Shown one piece after another: positions 19,642-29,167 of a DNA stretch of 61,121 nucleotides. Below the pieces are notes generated by a model. The model saw only the letters and a program-made list of their open reading frames with translations. It was not told the DNA's origin and ran no database searches. The stretch comes from a phage, in NCBI GenBank assembly GCA_012008225.1, contig GCA_012008225.1_4768.1; one strand, given 5' to 3'. Made by a program: the position numbers and the translations under genes. Every line of letters starts with the position of its first letter. Position 1 is the first letter of the stretch.

Positions 19642-20520
19642 TTATTTTTTAACTGGACGTACTGGACGCTTCAAGTCCACGCCAGCCATGGCTGCCAGAC
19701 GGCCTGCTTTTTCAGGATTTTCACGAAGAATTTTACCCTGCTCAGTAAGGTTCCAACCGTCGGCACTCCACGGGTTCTTACCAGCAGCGCCAGGAGTACG
19801 TGAGCCACCAGCACCACCGCCAACGTTTCCAGGGAACCAGTGAGGTTTCTTATCCTGAATGTCCTGTAACCACATTTCTGGAGTGATCCCAGGAGTTACG
19901 CCCACACCGTCGCGTGTCACAACCTGACCGTCTTCGGTGAGCTCAAACAAACGAGAACCAATCAGTTCCACGTCGTCAATAGCTTCCGTGATCACTTTAG
20001 CAGACATTGCAGCCTTGCTAAGAGCGGTCTTAACGATGCGGTTCTTCTCTTTTGTGGTCAGCTCTTCTACTTGCTTCTCATAGGTAGAAAGTTTGTTTTT
20101 CAGCTCGTCACGTTCACGCTCAAGCGGAGTTAACTTGTTACGGATTCGTACGTTAATGATTTGCTCCAACTTTTCATCATCAACTTTATCCGCACGCAGT
20201 TTAAGCTCTTCATATTCAGCGTCGCGCTGCAAGAGTTCGTCAATATCACGTCCGTTCAGCTTACTTAGCTTACTCTTGACCGCTTTATGATCGTTGCGTT
20301 CTTTTTCAAGTGCGGATTGCAACCTGTCAATATTCTGTTTACCACCACCCTTTACACCAGTGAGGATCCACTTATCGCCTTCTTGGGAATAATACTCACG
20401 AGCATTTTCCGGGATTTCATCTTCAGAAGTATATTCAAGTTCCAATGCACCAAAACGAGGCATGGACTGGAAGAAGCCAGCGGAATAAGCTACCGCTAGA
20501 TGAATGTGATATTTGTTCAT
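19642..20520 (-). CDS. Scaffolding protein
   Basis: Coiled-coil Glu/Lys/Arg-rich central region; between portal and capsid genes; ATG at 20520 after GGAGAA (ORF-track GTG at 20547). Confidence 0.6.
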   Translation of the reverse strand: MNKYHIHLAVAYSAGFFQSMPRFGALELEYTSEDEIPENAREYYSQEGDKWILTGVKGGGKQNIDRLQSALEKERNDHKAVKSKLSKLNGRDIDELLQRDAEYEELKLRADKVDDEKLEQIINVRIRNKLTPLERERDELKNKLSTYEKQVEELTTKEKNRIVKTALSKAAMSAKVITEAIDDVELIGSRLFELTEDGQVVTRDGVGVTPGITPEMWLQDIQDKKPHWFPGNVGGGAGGSRTPGAAGKNPWSADGWNLTEQGKILRENPEKAGRLAAMAGVDLKRPVRPVKK

Positions 20521-20548
20521 AAAATTCTCCATTGTGGACCGTTCCACT

Positions 20549-20580
20549 AAAAAGCGCGATAGACCGTTCTACCGCGCTAT
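20549..20580 (-). terminator. Imperfect hairpin between portal and scaffold genes
   Basis: AGCGCG...CGCGCT stem with internal bulge; followed on minus strand by UUUUAG. Confidence 0.3.
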
Positions 20581-20651
20581 AAAGACTAATACATCATTAA
20601 GAATGAAGCAACTATTTTTTACTCTTGGCTTTTGCTTTACGTTGCACGCCT

Positions 20652-22178
20652 TTACTTAGCGGCATTTTCATTCCCCGTCTGTTCTCCAGTTGTTTGCTGG
20701 ATCTGGTTCTGATCGTTTTTAACTTGAGGTAAAAGGAACGGGTATTCTTTGCGCTCCTCCTCAAGCCGTTTCATCTCCTCTTCAAACGTCAAAGAGGTCA
20801 TTCCCTTATCCTGCAACCAATTGTGCATAGACTCAGCACATAACGGAGCACCAAGATTCTTGGCAGTCTGCACCTGCACCAATTCTTGGCCTTCAATATT
20901 AGCTTTGCTGAAGTCAAGGTTAGGTGTAACTTTAACTTCATCTGGATTTAATCCCATCCATATAGCACAAATACGAAGGATTTTTTCTAACGCAGCAGCA
21001 CCAGTCTTAGCAATACCAACTAATGAAGCAGTTTTAGTGATAAGACGTGTTTCCAGTGCGTCACCAGATTCTTGAGAAGCACTTTCTGCACTGGTTAAAT
21101 GCCCGGAACGGGTCTGAGCGTCCTTATGGTCAGCTTCAAGTGCTTTACGTTGCTCCGGTAAACCTTGTGAATTAGTACCAATGTACTTGGCATCACCGTC
21201 CGGAGATACATCAATACGAGCACCAGCACCAACACGAACAGGAGCTTTATCATCAATTACGTCACTGTTCGTAATACCACCACGAACAACCAGCGTATCT
21301 TGGCTCTGCATAAACAAAGCCTGTCGATAGTCAGCTTCACCCTGATAGATGGAAATACATCTGTTTGCTAATGCAAGTAGCGGTGGCTTATCCGGTTCTG
21401 GTACTAAGTCCATAGCGTTACAGAATACGAAAGGTATCTGCTCAAGTGGAGTACCTTTATATTGAGGGACTACGACATCAGAGCTTACTTCTTCTGGTTC
21501 GTCACCCTCACCAGGAAGCAATTCTGTCATGTACTGCCCGTACACGTAACCGCTATCTGATGGTTCATCTACATTGGCACTTCCAAGAACAAGAACTCGA
21601 TATTGAACTTTATAAGTCCAATCAAATGAAGTCTTGTCCATTACTTCTTTGGACTCATCTAATACAACTAGGTTAAGATTAAGTGAACCAAGATCATCTT
21701 CACCATCGTCCCAGTTCCGTATACTTAACGCCTCGTATACCGCGATGTATGGCAGCGTGTCGCGGGTACTTCCCGCTGGCAGCTCTAACAGAAGGCCAAG
21801 ACGACCATCGCGTAGCTGTAGCTCGTTTATGCGGCGTAGCAACTGATCTAAACCTTCGCGCTTGCTGGTAGCAGCTTGACGAAGTGGTTCCATTGCTGAA
21901 GGCAACTGGATAATAGCTGCCTTGCTATGCAACATACCACCGTGGTTGATTACTGCATCCGCCACATATTCCGGGAACACTGCACGTTCTTTATAATCGT
22001 TATAACGAGTATAGCCATCTTCGCCTGGTTTCATACCGTCATAACGCATAGCAGGTGTCGGTGGAAGATACAAAGTACCTTGAGCTTTGATGTGGTCAGC
22101 TCCAAGGAAACAGTCTCGCATCTTCAACCATAATGCACTAAACTGTAAATATTTAGGATGAACCGAAGAAATGGCCAT
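20652..22178 (-). CDS. Portal protein
   Basis: 508 aa ORF immediately downstream of terminase large subunit; AAGGAG 8 nt before ATG at 22178. Confidence 0.65.
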   Translation of the reverse strand: MAISSVHPKYLQFSALWLKMRDCFLGADHIKAQGTLYLPPTPAMRYDGMKPGEDGYTRYNDYKERAVFPEYVADAVINHGGMLHSKAAIIQLPSAMEPLRQAATSKREGLDQLLRRINELQLRDGRLGLLLELPAGSTRDTLPYIAVYEALSIRNWDDGEDDLGSLNLNLVVLDESKEVMDKTSFDWTYKVQYRVLVLGSANVDEPSDSGYVYGQYMTELLPGEGDEPEEVSSDVVVPQYKGTPLEQIPFVFCNAMDLVPEPDKPPLLALANRCISIYQGEADYRQALFMQSQDTLVVRGGITNSDVIDDKAPVRVGAGARIDVSPDGDAKYIGTNSQGLPEQRKALEADHKDAQTRSGHLTSAESASQESGDALETRLITKTASLVGIAKTGAAALEKILRICAIWMGLNPDEVKVTPNLDFSKANIEGQELVQVQTAKNLGAPLCAESMHNWLQDKGMTSLTFEEEMKRLEEERKEYPFLLPQVKNDQNQIQQTTGEQTGNENAAK

Positions 22179-22190
22179 CTGTTGAACTCC

Positions 22191-23789
22191 TTATGTCCCC
22201 ACAGTCTTACCGACACTACCGCCACGTGCTTCGTTGGCTATACGATAACGAGCTTCGTCAGCAATGTGGTCTTCAGAATCAGTATCGACATCATCAAGAT
22301 CATCTTCGTCTCTAGCAAGAGTTGGAACAAGATCTATAAAGTGATGACAGTTGTCAAAAATAAACATAGAAGGTCTTTCACGTAGAGCGGCAACCTTAGG
22401 ATCTGGAATTGAAGCAGCTAAATATTCCCGCATTCGCTTCCAACCTGCTTTACGTGATCCAGGAGATTTATCACTTCGAATCCACTGTACACCAGGATAA
22501 GACCGACCATTGATAGTTATTGGCTTAGACATTGTTGCCGCGGTGCTGTTACCGTCTTTAACGTCCCAAATGCTGTTATCAGCAGGTCCTGGAACTACGC
22601 GACCGTATAAACCAGCTTCAATTTCCCTGACGATGATACCACGAGCAATTTCAGAATCCAATAATCTTAAACCTTCGTTCGGTTTCCCGTTAGTACCATA
22701 CCACTCCATGATCCTAAACAAGTCACCTCGTACAGTTCGTACACGACGCCCATTTGGATACACGATATCACTACCATCACTTCTTGCCCACCAACCGACA
22801 GAAAATGGTTTACTCGAACCCCAGTCAAATGATCTATCGATTCTCCAGGAGTGAGGTATCGGGAATGGTTTGACCACATGTATATTCTGGCGCCACAGGT
22901 CATCGAACATACCGCCGGACGTAATATCCCAGCTACCACCGAGCCACGCCATGCGGAGGTTAGGATCGTCAATGTTTACAAGCTGTGCAACATACTCAGG
23001 TGTTAAGTTGCGGTTCTCTCGGTATGAACCAAATATATGGCAGCGAGTACGAACTACGTCTTCCCGTTTCTGTGTACGCGGGTTGAATACGTTCGTTACT
23101 TCCTTCTTCATTGATCCAAGCGGACAAGAGTTAATAAAATACTTCTTGACCCAGTTATGTCCAACTCCAAATGGGTTAGTCGTAGAAAAGATCTGCAACG
23201 GCAAAGGTGGTAGTATGAACTGCATTGCGTATTCGTGGTCCGGTTGAACAAGGACAAGACGCCCAGTTCTTTTATACACATCACCGTCAATAATTATTGG
23301 GTTTTCTTCTGCAACGAAGGATGTACGGTTACAGGACTTCATTGCTTCATAAAGTCCACTATCAGGATATTTAGTTAATTCGTTCCATCCAATAAATGGA
23401 AATTCCTGACCGTGGTACAGCCAGTAATCCTTAGGCTTTTTAGCAACACGGAACATTAGTTCTTCGCCGCTAGGCCACACCCATTTATAGTCTGACTTGG
23501 AAGATAAGAACTTACAACCGTCATTAAATTCAGGAAACCAACGTTGTGACTTTGCTACTAAGTCATCTAAGTTTTTGTATTCTCGGTCAAAAATAATACC
23601 GCGCCAATGTTTCCCGTACCCCATGCCAACATAACGACGAAAACGCATCAACTGCGCATCAGTCTTTCCAGGACCACGAGTACCATGATAAAGGATCTCA
23701 TCGGCTGGGCAACTCAGTGCCAACACCTGAGATCCTGGATGCGGTTTCCATACTACCTTAGTGGACTGTGTCTGAATCATTGAGTCCAT
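22191..23789 (-). CDS. terL: Terminase large subunit
   Basis: 532 aa; Walker A-like GTRGPGKTD near N-terminus, C-terminal nuclease-like region; AAGAGG before ATG at 23789; overlaps small subunit gene. Confidence 0.85.
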   Translation of the reverse strand: MDSMIQTQSTKVVWKPHPGSQVLALSCPADEILYHGTRGPGKTDAQLMRFRRYVGMGYGKHWRGIIFDREYKNLDDLVAKSQRWFPEFNDGCKFLSSKSDYKWVWPSGEELMFRVAKKPKDYWLYHGQEFPFIGWNELTKYPDSGLYEAMKSCNRTSFVAEENPIIIDGDVYKRTGRLVLVQPDHEYAMQFILPPLPLQIFSTTNPFGVGHNWVKKYFINSCPLGSMKKEVTNVFNPRTQKREDVVRTRCHIFGSYRENRNLTPEYVAQLVNIDDPNLRMAWLGGSWDITSGGMFDDLWRQNIHVVKPFPIPHSWRIDRSFDWGSSKPFSVGWWARSDGSDIVYPNGRRVRTVRGDLFRIMEWYGTNGKPNEGLRLLDSEIARGIIVREIEAGLYGRVVPGPADNSIWDVKDGNSTAATMSKPITINGRSYPGVQWIRSDKSPGSRKAGWKRMREYLAASIPDPKVAALRERPSMFIFDNCHHFIDLVPTLARDEDDLDDVDTDSEDHIADEARYRIANEARGGSVGKTVGT

Positions 23790-24315
23790 TTAAAGTATCC
23801 TCTTGCAGCTTAGTCTGAGACTCCCCGGCAACTCTTTCCCAATCGTCCATAGAACCGACCATAGGAACCAGCATAACACCAGTAGATACACCAACATCCA
23901 TCTTCTGTTGCTTAGGAGCTTCAAATCCAAAGATGCTACATAATTGTTTATATGCAGCAACACGAGCAGCTTGAGAAGATCCAGGACCACGATAAGTGGA
24001 TTCAAATCTAAGACCTTCAATGATGCGCTGGCGCTCTTGTTCTATTTCATATTTGCGGTCACGGTCACGTTCAGCACTTCTTGCTTTCTGCTGTTGAAGT
24101 TCTTTGATTCGTCTTTGGCAATAGCTATCATCCTGAAAACGTTTGGCATAATCAAACGCCATTGCGGAGCTCATACCAACACGTTTACACGCATTAACCC
24201 AATCATAATCGAACAGATATTCTTCAACGACAGAGTCACGTATAGCCATCTCTTCTTTAGTGAGATCGGCTTCGTATTCAATGCTACGTGTCCAAGGTAG
24301 AATAGGCTTTACCAT
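23758..24315 (-). CDS. terS: Terminase small subunit
   Basis: ATG at 24315 preceded by AGGAG (ORF-track TTG at 24372); N-terminal DNA-binding-like region and basic coiled coil; directly upstream of large subunit. Confidence 0.7.
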   Translation of the reverse strand: MVKPILPWTRSIEYEADLTKEEMAIRDSVVEEYLFDYDWVNACKRVGMSSAMAFDYAKRFQDDSYCQRRIKELQQQKARSAERDRDRKYEIEQERQRIIEGLRFESTYRGPGSSQAARVAAYKQLCSIFGFEAPKQQKMDVGVSTGVMLVPMVGSMDDWERVAGESQTKLQEDTLNGLNDSDTVH

Positions 24316-24343
24316 AACGTTACTCCTGTCGATTCTTGACACG

Positions 24344-24372
24344 AATATAAGCGGTGGATTAAGTAATTGCAA
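24344..24372 (-). promoter_or_regulatory. Sigma70-like promoter upstream of the terminase/structural operon
   Basis: On minus strand TTGCAA (24372..24367), 17 nt spacer, TATATT (24349..24344). Confidence 0.35.
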
Positions 24373-24394
24373 GGGTTATAGTAAATGTCAATAA

Positions 24395-24430
24395 AAAGCC
24401 CGCTCGATATAAATTCAAGGAGCGGGCTTT
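24395..24430 (-). terminator. Hairpin terminator between lysis genes and terminase operon
   Basis: 11 bp perfect stem AAAGCCCGCTC/GAGCGGGCTTT with 14 nt loop; U-rich on minus strand after stem. Confidence 0.4.
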
Positions 24431-24444
24431 ACTTATAAACCAAT

Positions 24445-24681
24445 CTACATTTCAACTTTAGGAATGTACGTTATCTCCCGGATGTCTTGTCTGATTTGTT
24501 CGACCTTGTTGACCACATAAACAGGTGGTGTTGAAGGTTGCAAATTTACCCTATGTCTCTTGTGCATCTGATCAATGGCGATAGCACTGACTCCAATTTG
24601 TGCAAGTCCAATCATCATATAGATGAAAAGCAATCGCGGTTTCTTACACAATATAAGAAGATCATTGATGAAGTGACGCAT
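24445..24681 (-). CDS. Small membrane protein (possible antiholin or holin partner)
   Basis: 78 aa with one hydrophobic segment LLFIYMMIGLAQIGVSAIAI. Confidence 0.45.
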   Translation of the reverse strand: MRHFINDLLILCKKPRLLFIYMMIGLAQIGVSAIAIDQMHKRHRVNLQPSTPPVYVVNKVEQIRQDIREITYIPKVEM

Positions 24682-24683
24682 AG

Positions 24684-24992
24684 TTAACCTCTTTCCTTTT
24701 CTCGGTCACATGCTTGCGTTTTTCTCCGTAGAAACTTTAGCATGGTTCTTGAACCTGACCAAGATAACACGCCTATGAACGCCCCACTGAGCCCCAGTGG
24801 GACACCATGTTCCACGTTAATTACACCTATCAAGAAACCAAAGAATGCAGAAAAAGCACCCTCTTGAATGAAGGCGCTGAGTCTGAACCTTTCTTTAGCA
24901 TCATGGGTTCTTGCAGCGTAGCCAAGGGAACCCCCTACCATCGCAATGGCAGTGAGAATAAAGACTATATTCCAATCCCAGTTCGGCGACAC
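24684..24992 (-). CDS. Holin-like membrane protein
   Basis: 102 aa with three hydrophobic segments and charged C-terminus; GTG start with AAGGGG upstream; adjacent to endolysin and spanins. Confidence 0.55.
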   Translation of the reverse strand: MSPNWDWNIVFILTAIAMVGGSLGYAARTHDAKERFRLSAFIQEGAFSAFFGFLIGVINVEHGVPLGLSGAFIGVLSWSGSRTMLKFLRRKTQACDREKERG

Positions 24993-25005
24993 TTATAACC
25001 CCTTA

Positions 25006-25440
25006 CTATGCCATGTGGATACCCGCGAGCAAGACTTCATCAGAATAAGGTTGCACACCGTTCTCATGCTTGATAATCGCTTTCACAATCTTTAACATGA
25101 GTTTATCATCGGTCAATGAAATCGGCTGTTCTGCACCAACACCACAAGCCTTAGACACAGATTGAATATAGGCTTCAGTGTTATTTTCATTCGGCGGAGC
25201 CCAGCGCGAAATAATTTCCCGTACAGTGTCAATTCCCTTATTGCCGACACGCTTCATCCCTTCGCGGTTGCGGTAGTTTAGTAGAATACGGGTAATGGCG
25301 CGAATACCGTATTTTACATCGATAAACTGACAGAAAGAACGGTCAGTTCGTTTGTCTTCTGGAACAAGACCTTTCCAGTTATCACCCCAACGAATATTCC
25401 CTGGATTGTTATTCCGGATGCCTCGTGGTTGCACAGTCAT
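25006..25440 (-). CDS. Putative endolysin (peptidoglycan hydrolase)
   Basis: 144 aa soluble protein with N-terminal RGIRNNNPGNIR motif; called mainly by position between spanins and holin. Confidence 0.5.
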   Translation of the reverse strand: MTVQPRGIRNNNPGNIRWGDNWKGLVPEDKRTDRSFCQFIDVKYGIRAITRILLNYRNREGMKRVGNKGIDTVREIISRWAPPNENNTEAYIQSVSKACGVGAEQPISLTDDKLMLKIVKAIIKHENGVQPYSDEVLLAGIHMA

Positions 25441-25531
25441 AAAAAAGCTCCATTCAGTTAAACCGAATAGAGCATAGTTGAATTATCACACGTACACAAT
25501 CAATTATGTGCAATTAAGATTGAACGTTTAG

Positions 25532-25876
25532 TTACGCAATCCGGCAAGGACTTTGCAGTTTATCACCTTTCTTTACGCGGATTTCGCATTGCATCATACT
25601 GTAATTCGCACTGCTCTCCGGCAACACGATACTTTTCAGCCTCTTCTGCCACTTGTCTGTATTCTGTGACGCTTTCTGAATACAGTTCGGTGAGCACACG
25701 GGCGATCTGGGCGGTTGTCTTGCTGTCGGGCTGAGGGCCGGCAGCGTCACCGAGGTACTTACGGACGGTTGTGATTTCGTTGTGCAACCTGTCATTAGTA
25801 GCGCGATAATCATTAAGATCGGCAACCAAAGACTCAATGCGAGATTGGTATTGACGTTCGATAGCGTCTTTCTCAT
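25532..25876 (-). CDS. o-spanin (Rz1-like outer membrane lipoprotein)
   Basis: Overlaps the end of the i-spanin gene in another frame; signal peptide LALSLWLPILMIIALLMTGC with lipobox Cys, proline-rich mature part; start ATG at 25876 is inferred. Confidence 0.5.
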   Translation of the reverse strand: MRKTLSNVNTNLALSLWLPILMIIALLMTGCTTKSQPSVSTSVTLPALSPTARQPPRSPVCSPNCIQKASQNTDKWQKRLKSIVLPESSANYSMMQCEIRVKKGDKLQSPCRIA

Positions 25877-26060
25877 ATGCTCTTCGTTTCTCCTCCTCGA
25901 AATCAACCGCTTTCTGAGTTTCTTTTTGGTACGACACACCGGCATCGAAACCCTCCTTTCTAGCTGATTCTATGGCATTGTCATAAGCCCAGTTGGCTAG
26001 AATAACAATTAGGACAAGTAGTATCCAAGGTGCAACCTTACTAATTATTCTAAGGAACAT
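25563..26060 (-). CDS. i-spanin (Rz-like)
   Basis: 165 aa; N-terminal membrane segment WILLVLIVILANWAY then charged coiled-coil periplasmic domain; ATG at 26060. Confidence 0.6.
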   Translation of the reverse strand: MFLRIISKVAPWILLVLIVILANWAYDNAIESARKEGFDAGVSYQKETQKAVDFEEEKRRAYEKDAIERQYQSRIESLVADLNDYRATNDRLHNEITTVRKYLGDAAGPQPDSKTTAQIARVLTELYSESVTEYRQVAEEAEKYRVAGEQCELQYDAMRNPRKER

Positions 26061-26281
26061 ACCTTCTCACCAATTCCCATAGACAAGTATTGGATAGCAA
26101 GAAGAAACGCTATAGCGTCCTTCTTATCTCCTAAGTCTTTAAGAGCTTTGAATTTATCTTCAAGTTGCTGCACATGCTTCTCGAATTGTGGCAAAGCCTC
26201 AATCTCAGCCGCAGCCCCACGCATATATACTCTTGCAGCCGCTAATTGTGCATTAGTAGGATCAATCATGATGTTCTCCAA
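26045..26281 (-). CDS. Hypothetical protein
   Basis: 78 aa ORF. Confidence 0.4.
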   Translation of the reverse strand: MENIMIDPTNAQLAAARVYMRGAAAEIEALPQFEKHVQQLEDKFKALKDLGDKKDAIAFLLAIQYLSMGIGEKVCSLE

Positions 26282-26481
26282 ATTACACTATTTCGAATTT
26301 CATCATTCCAAACGTATTTCCCCTTCTCACCATTTTTATATGATGGAACAGAGAAAACGGATGAACATGGATATAGTTCTGATGTCGTTAAGCGTATACG
26401 CTTACCGTCAAAAGGTCCACCAACACAAAGGAACAGACCAGTCTTAGGCTTCTTCAAAATGGTTCCTCCCCACCTGTACAC
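26266..26481 (-). CDS. Hypothetical protein
   Basis: 71 aa ORF. Confidence 0.4.
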   Translation of the reverse strand: MYRWGGTILKKPKTGLFLCVGGPFDGKRIRLTTSELYPCSSVFSVPSYKNGEKGKYVWNDEIRNSVIWRTS

Positions 26482-26948
26482 TACGCTCTTTTCAGAGTAT
26501 GGGCTACGTCATAGAAGTTAACACCCTGACCACAACTGCTGCAATACTCACAAGACAACCGCACAGCTTCTTCGGCGCTGCAACCAGCCGCCATTGTTCC
26601 CATTAAGAACTCGAACGCACTACCTTCCGCTATAAATTCGTTAGTGTCTGGTAGACCTAATTTACCGTCACCGTAGATAGGATACACAACAAGATCTTGA
26701 GTGATCGCTATACCATAACGTGAATCCGGATTTAAATCAGAGAAAGGTTCTTTACGTCCATTCGGTGTAACACTCAGATGTTCTATGATATCAGTCACAG
26801 GACGTAGTTTACCAGACATTGCAACAAGACATAACCCAATACCTGGAATATCAACTCTGTGAACTTTATTCGTAGATGTTGCAACATTACCCCATGTGAC
26901 CTCACGATCTACAGCCAATACACCATTACGATAAGCAATTGCGGTCAT
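26481..26948 (-). CDS. HslV/proteasome-like N-terminal-nucleophile hydrolase family protein
   Basis: Starts M-TAIAYRNGVLAVDRE (Thr at position 2, as HslV TTIVSVRRNGHVVIAGD); later segment FIAEGSAFEFLMGTMAAG parallels HslV LIAIGSGGPYAQAAARA. Confidence 0.5.
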   Translation of the reverse strand: MTAIAYRNGVLAVDREVTWGNVATSTNKVHRVDIPGIGLCLVAMSGKLRPVTDIIEHLSVTPNGRKEPFSDLNPDSRYGIAITQDLVVYPIYGDGKLGLPDTNEFIAEGSAFEFLMGTMAAGCSAEEAVRLSCEYCSSCGQGVNFYDVAHTLKRA

Positions 26949-27298
26949 ATTAAACGCCCATATATGTGATAAATTTTATAAGCAGTAGAAAGACCAATAT
27001 TAAATTCTTTTGCTGCAACCTGAAATCTATTCTCTTCACCAGTGTAATTTCTAAGAAACTGATAAATTTCCTCTTTATCCAAGTTCCGGTTACGTGTGAT
27101 TGTCGAACCACCAAGCCGGCGCATGTCGCGTGTGGTCGCGAATCTTCGCTTGATCTGAGCTACTGTACCAACATACCAATACTTTGCCCCATTTTGCCCA
27201 ATAGCCGCGTGCACGCATCGCGGCGTACCTGTTTTAGCAAACTTGCGCTTTGCAAATTCACACGCGAGTTCTGCATTGTCAAAACGTTGCAAGCTCAT
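26945..27298 (-). CDS. Hypothetical protein (possible helix-turn-helix)
   Basis: 117 aa ORF. Confidence 0.45.
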   Translation of the reverse strand: MSLQRFDNAELACEFAKRKFAKTGTPRCVHAAIGQNGAKYWYVGTVAQIKRRFATTRDMRRLGGSTITRNRNLDKEEIYQFLRNYTGEENRFQVAAKEFNIGLSTAYKIYHIYGRLI

Positions 27299-27301
27299 GG
27301 A

Positions 27302-27742
27302 TCACTCCGGTAATATAATTTCGTAATCAATCAGGAAAGACCGCAGAGGATAAGCCAGTTCGTTTTCCTCTGCAATGTGGTCATAGGAATAGTATTGCTT
27401 TCCTTCAAGACCCTTCGCTGGGTCGTATACGGTTACACCTTCAAATCGCGCGTCGATAATGATCTGATGGAAAAGCCCAGGTAACTGCAAAGAGGGTACA
27501 GTCGCAAGATACAAGCGTCCAGGTCGGATCTGGTGCATACCAGCGGTCACATGCGGTTGTGCAAAGATACCTTGTCGATATAGATAACTAGCAACGTCAA
27601 TATGCCCACGAATATATTCTAGGCTAAATTCCTGGTCTACTTCTTTCGGATCTTTGTCAAGAAGCATAGCTAGGCAAGTTGCCATACAAGACATCATAGT
27701 CGGCTGGGTTTTATGGGTAATGCGATCGTTAATAGTAACCAT
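27302..27742 (-). CDS. Papain-like cysteine peptidase domain protein (C39-like)
   Basis: N-terminal QPTMMSCMATCLAMLL resembles the C39 Q...CG.ACLAM catalytic-Cys motif; downstream His in GLFHQIIID. Confidence 0.45.
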   Translation of the reverse strand: MVTINDRITHKTQPTMMSCMATCLAMLLDKDPKEVDQEFSLEYIRGHIDVASYLYRQGIFAQPHVTAGMHQIRPGRLYLATVPSLQLPGLFHQIIIDARFEGVTVYDPAKGLEGKQYYSYDHIAEENELAYPLRSFLIDYEIILPE

Positions 27743-28080
27743 TAGAACACTTCCTTAAACAAATCAAATTTAACATGCTCGTAGATTTTATTCAGCTGAG
27801 TCAGCTTACGAATAAACTCTTTACTGGTATTCTCGTCAATTGCACAGGTATCCGTCTGGATCTTCCATGTGTCGGAGCGCAAGCGAAGCAAGAATGAACC
27901 GTTCGGGTAAACCGTCTTCGCTTCTGGCATATAGTGCAGAATGCAGGATATCGTTCCTTCAGGTGGTATAAGAACAATATAAGTATCATTCACGTCGCTG
28001 TGACTAATAATCCAACCGCTCTGTAGTAAAGTATCGCGGAGCTGACAATACATTTTCGGAATAATAATATCTTTGGCCAT
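27742..28080 (-). CDS. Hypothetical protein
   Basis: 112 aa ORF, ATGA overlap with neighbours. Confidence 0.45.
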   Translation of the reverse strand: MAKDIIIPKMYCQLRDTLLQSGWIISHSDVNDTYIVLIPPEGTISCILHYMPEAKTVYPNGSFLLRLRSDTWKIQTDTCAIDENTSKEFIRKLTQLNKIYEHVKFDLFKEVF

Positions 28081-28445
28081 TATTGCACTTCCACAATTAA
28101 TAGTTCACCATGACGTTCACGAGCGAGATTATATAATTCTTGCTTCTGCCCAATACTTAATTCGCAGTCAAGGATTGCAATATCACAATGAAAGCCACTC
28201 GTACGAATAACAGTGTCTTCATATGAGTCTTTGCGATGAGAAACCAAACGAAGGTGAAAGCGATCAAACTGTACTACGGAAGACTCACGTGACAGTTGTA
28301 CACAACGAACGAATTCAGGATCTTCGCGCAACACTTCTTCAAGCTGCCGGCGATACTCATTAGTCGGGCACAAAGCAAAAGCGACGCGATCGTCTTTTAG
28401 CTGTGGTCTCAGCATAGACCAGGCTTTAACTATATTCTCGTTCAT
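28080..28445 (-). CDS. Hypothetical protein
   Basis: 121 aa ORF. Confidence 0.45.
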   Translation of the reverse strand: MNENIVKAWSMLRPQLKDDRVAFALCPTNEYRRQLEEVLREDPEFVRCVQLSRESSVVQFDRFHLRLVSHRKDSYEDTVIRTSGFHCDIAILDCELSIGQKQELYNLARERHGELLIVEVQ

Positions 28446-28529
28446 ATAACCCCTTTAACGTTAACGGAATAACTATAACAGGATACGCAAGTTGATTAAC
28501 ATAGCCGGCCGCAACAATTAGTGACCACA

Positions 28530-28817
28530 TTAAGGTAACGTGAACCAGCCTAAGTTCTCCGCACCGAGCAACCATGCGTACACAATCAGTGAACCTAAAA
28601 TAAGAACACTAAAGAAGTTCGCTTTCTTACGTTTGATGTTTGCAGCTTGTGGATTGCATACACACCATATGAAGAAATGTTTAACGACTAAATATACAAG
28701 TGAAATGATAACAGCGTAACGCATAAACGGAACATACCAGATTACAAGACCTAAAATAATTGCAAGAATCCAGTTAATACCTAGCCATATTGCACTACTG
28801 AAAGCCAGAACGAACAT
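28530..28817 (-). CDS. Small integral membrane protein, first gene of the minus-strand block
   Basis: 95 aa, three hydrophobic segments; ATG at 28817 with GGAGA upstream. Confidence 0.5.
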   Translation of the reverse strand: MFVLAFSSAIWLGINWILAIILGLVIWYVPFMRYAVIISLVYLVVKHFFIWCVCNPQAANIKRKKANFFSVLILGSLIVYAWLLGAENLGWFTLP

Positions 28818-29167
28818 AGCGGATCTCCTCTCGAGTATTTACATACAGAACTAACTTTATACGAACAATATAGGACAGGTGAGGTGAGGATATAAAGTGT
28901 CTAGTGACGAGATAATCTACAAACGATGAATCCTTGGCAGAGATCTAAGAGCCGCCCCGCGGCGTTACTATAACGTCCCGTGATCGTCAGTGAGGTGATT
29001 GTTACGTCATGTGACTGTTGCGCGCTCTACTGTAACGTTGTTTATTATTACACGCGTTATTATTTTTAATAGATTAGTATGCTATCTATTACATGACTAT
29101 ACTATAACGTCCAGTATAATTGCGTCTGTTACTATCCACCTGCCCACTATGTGCTGTCTATGTACGT

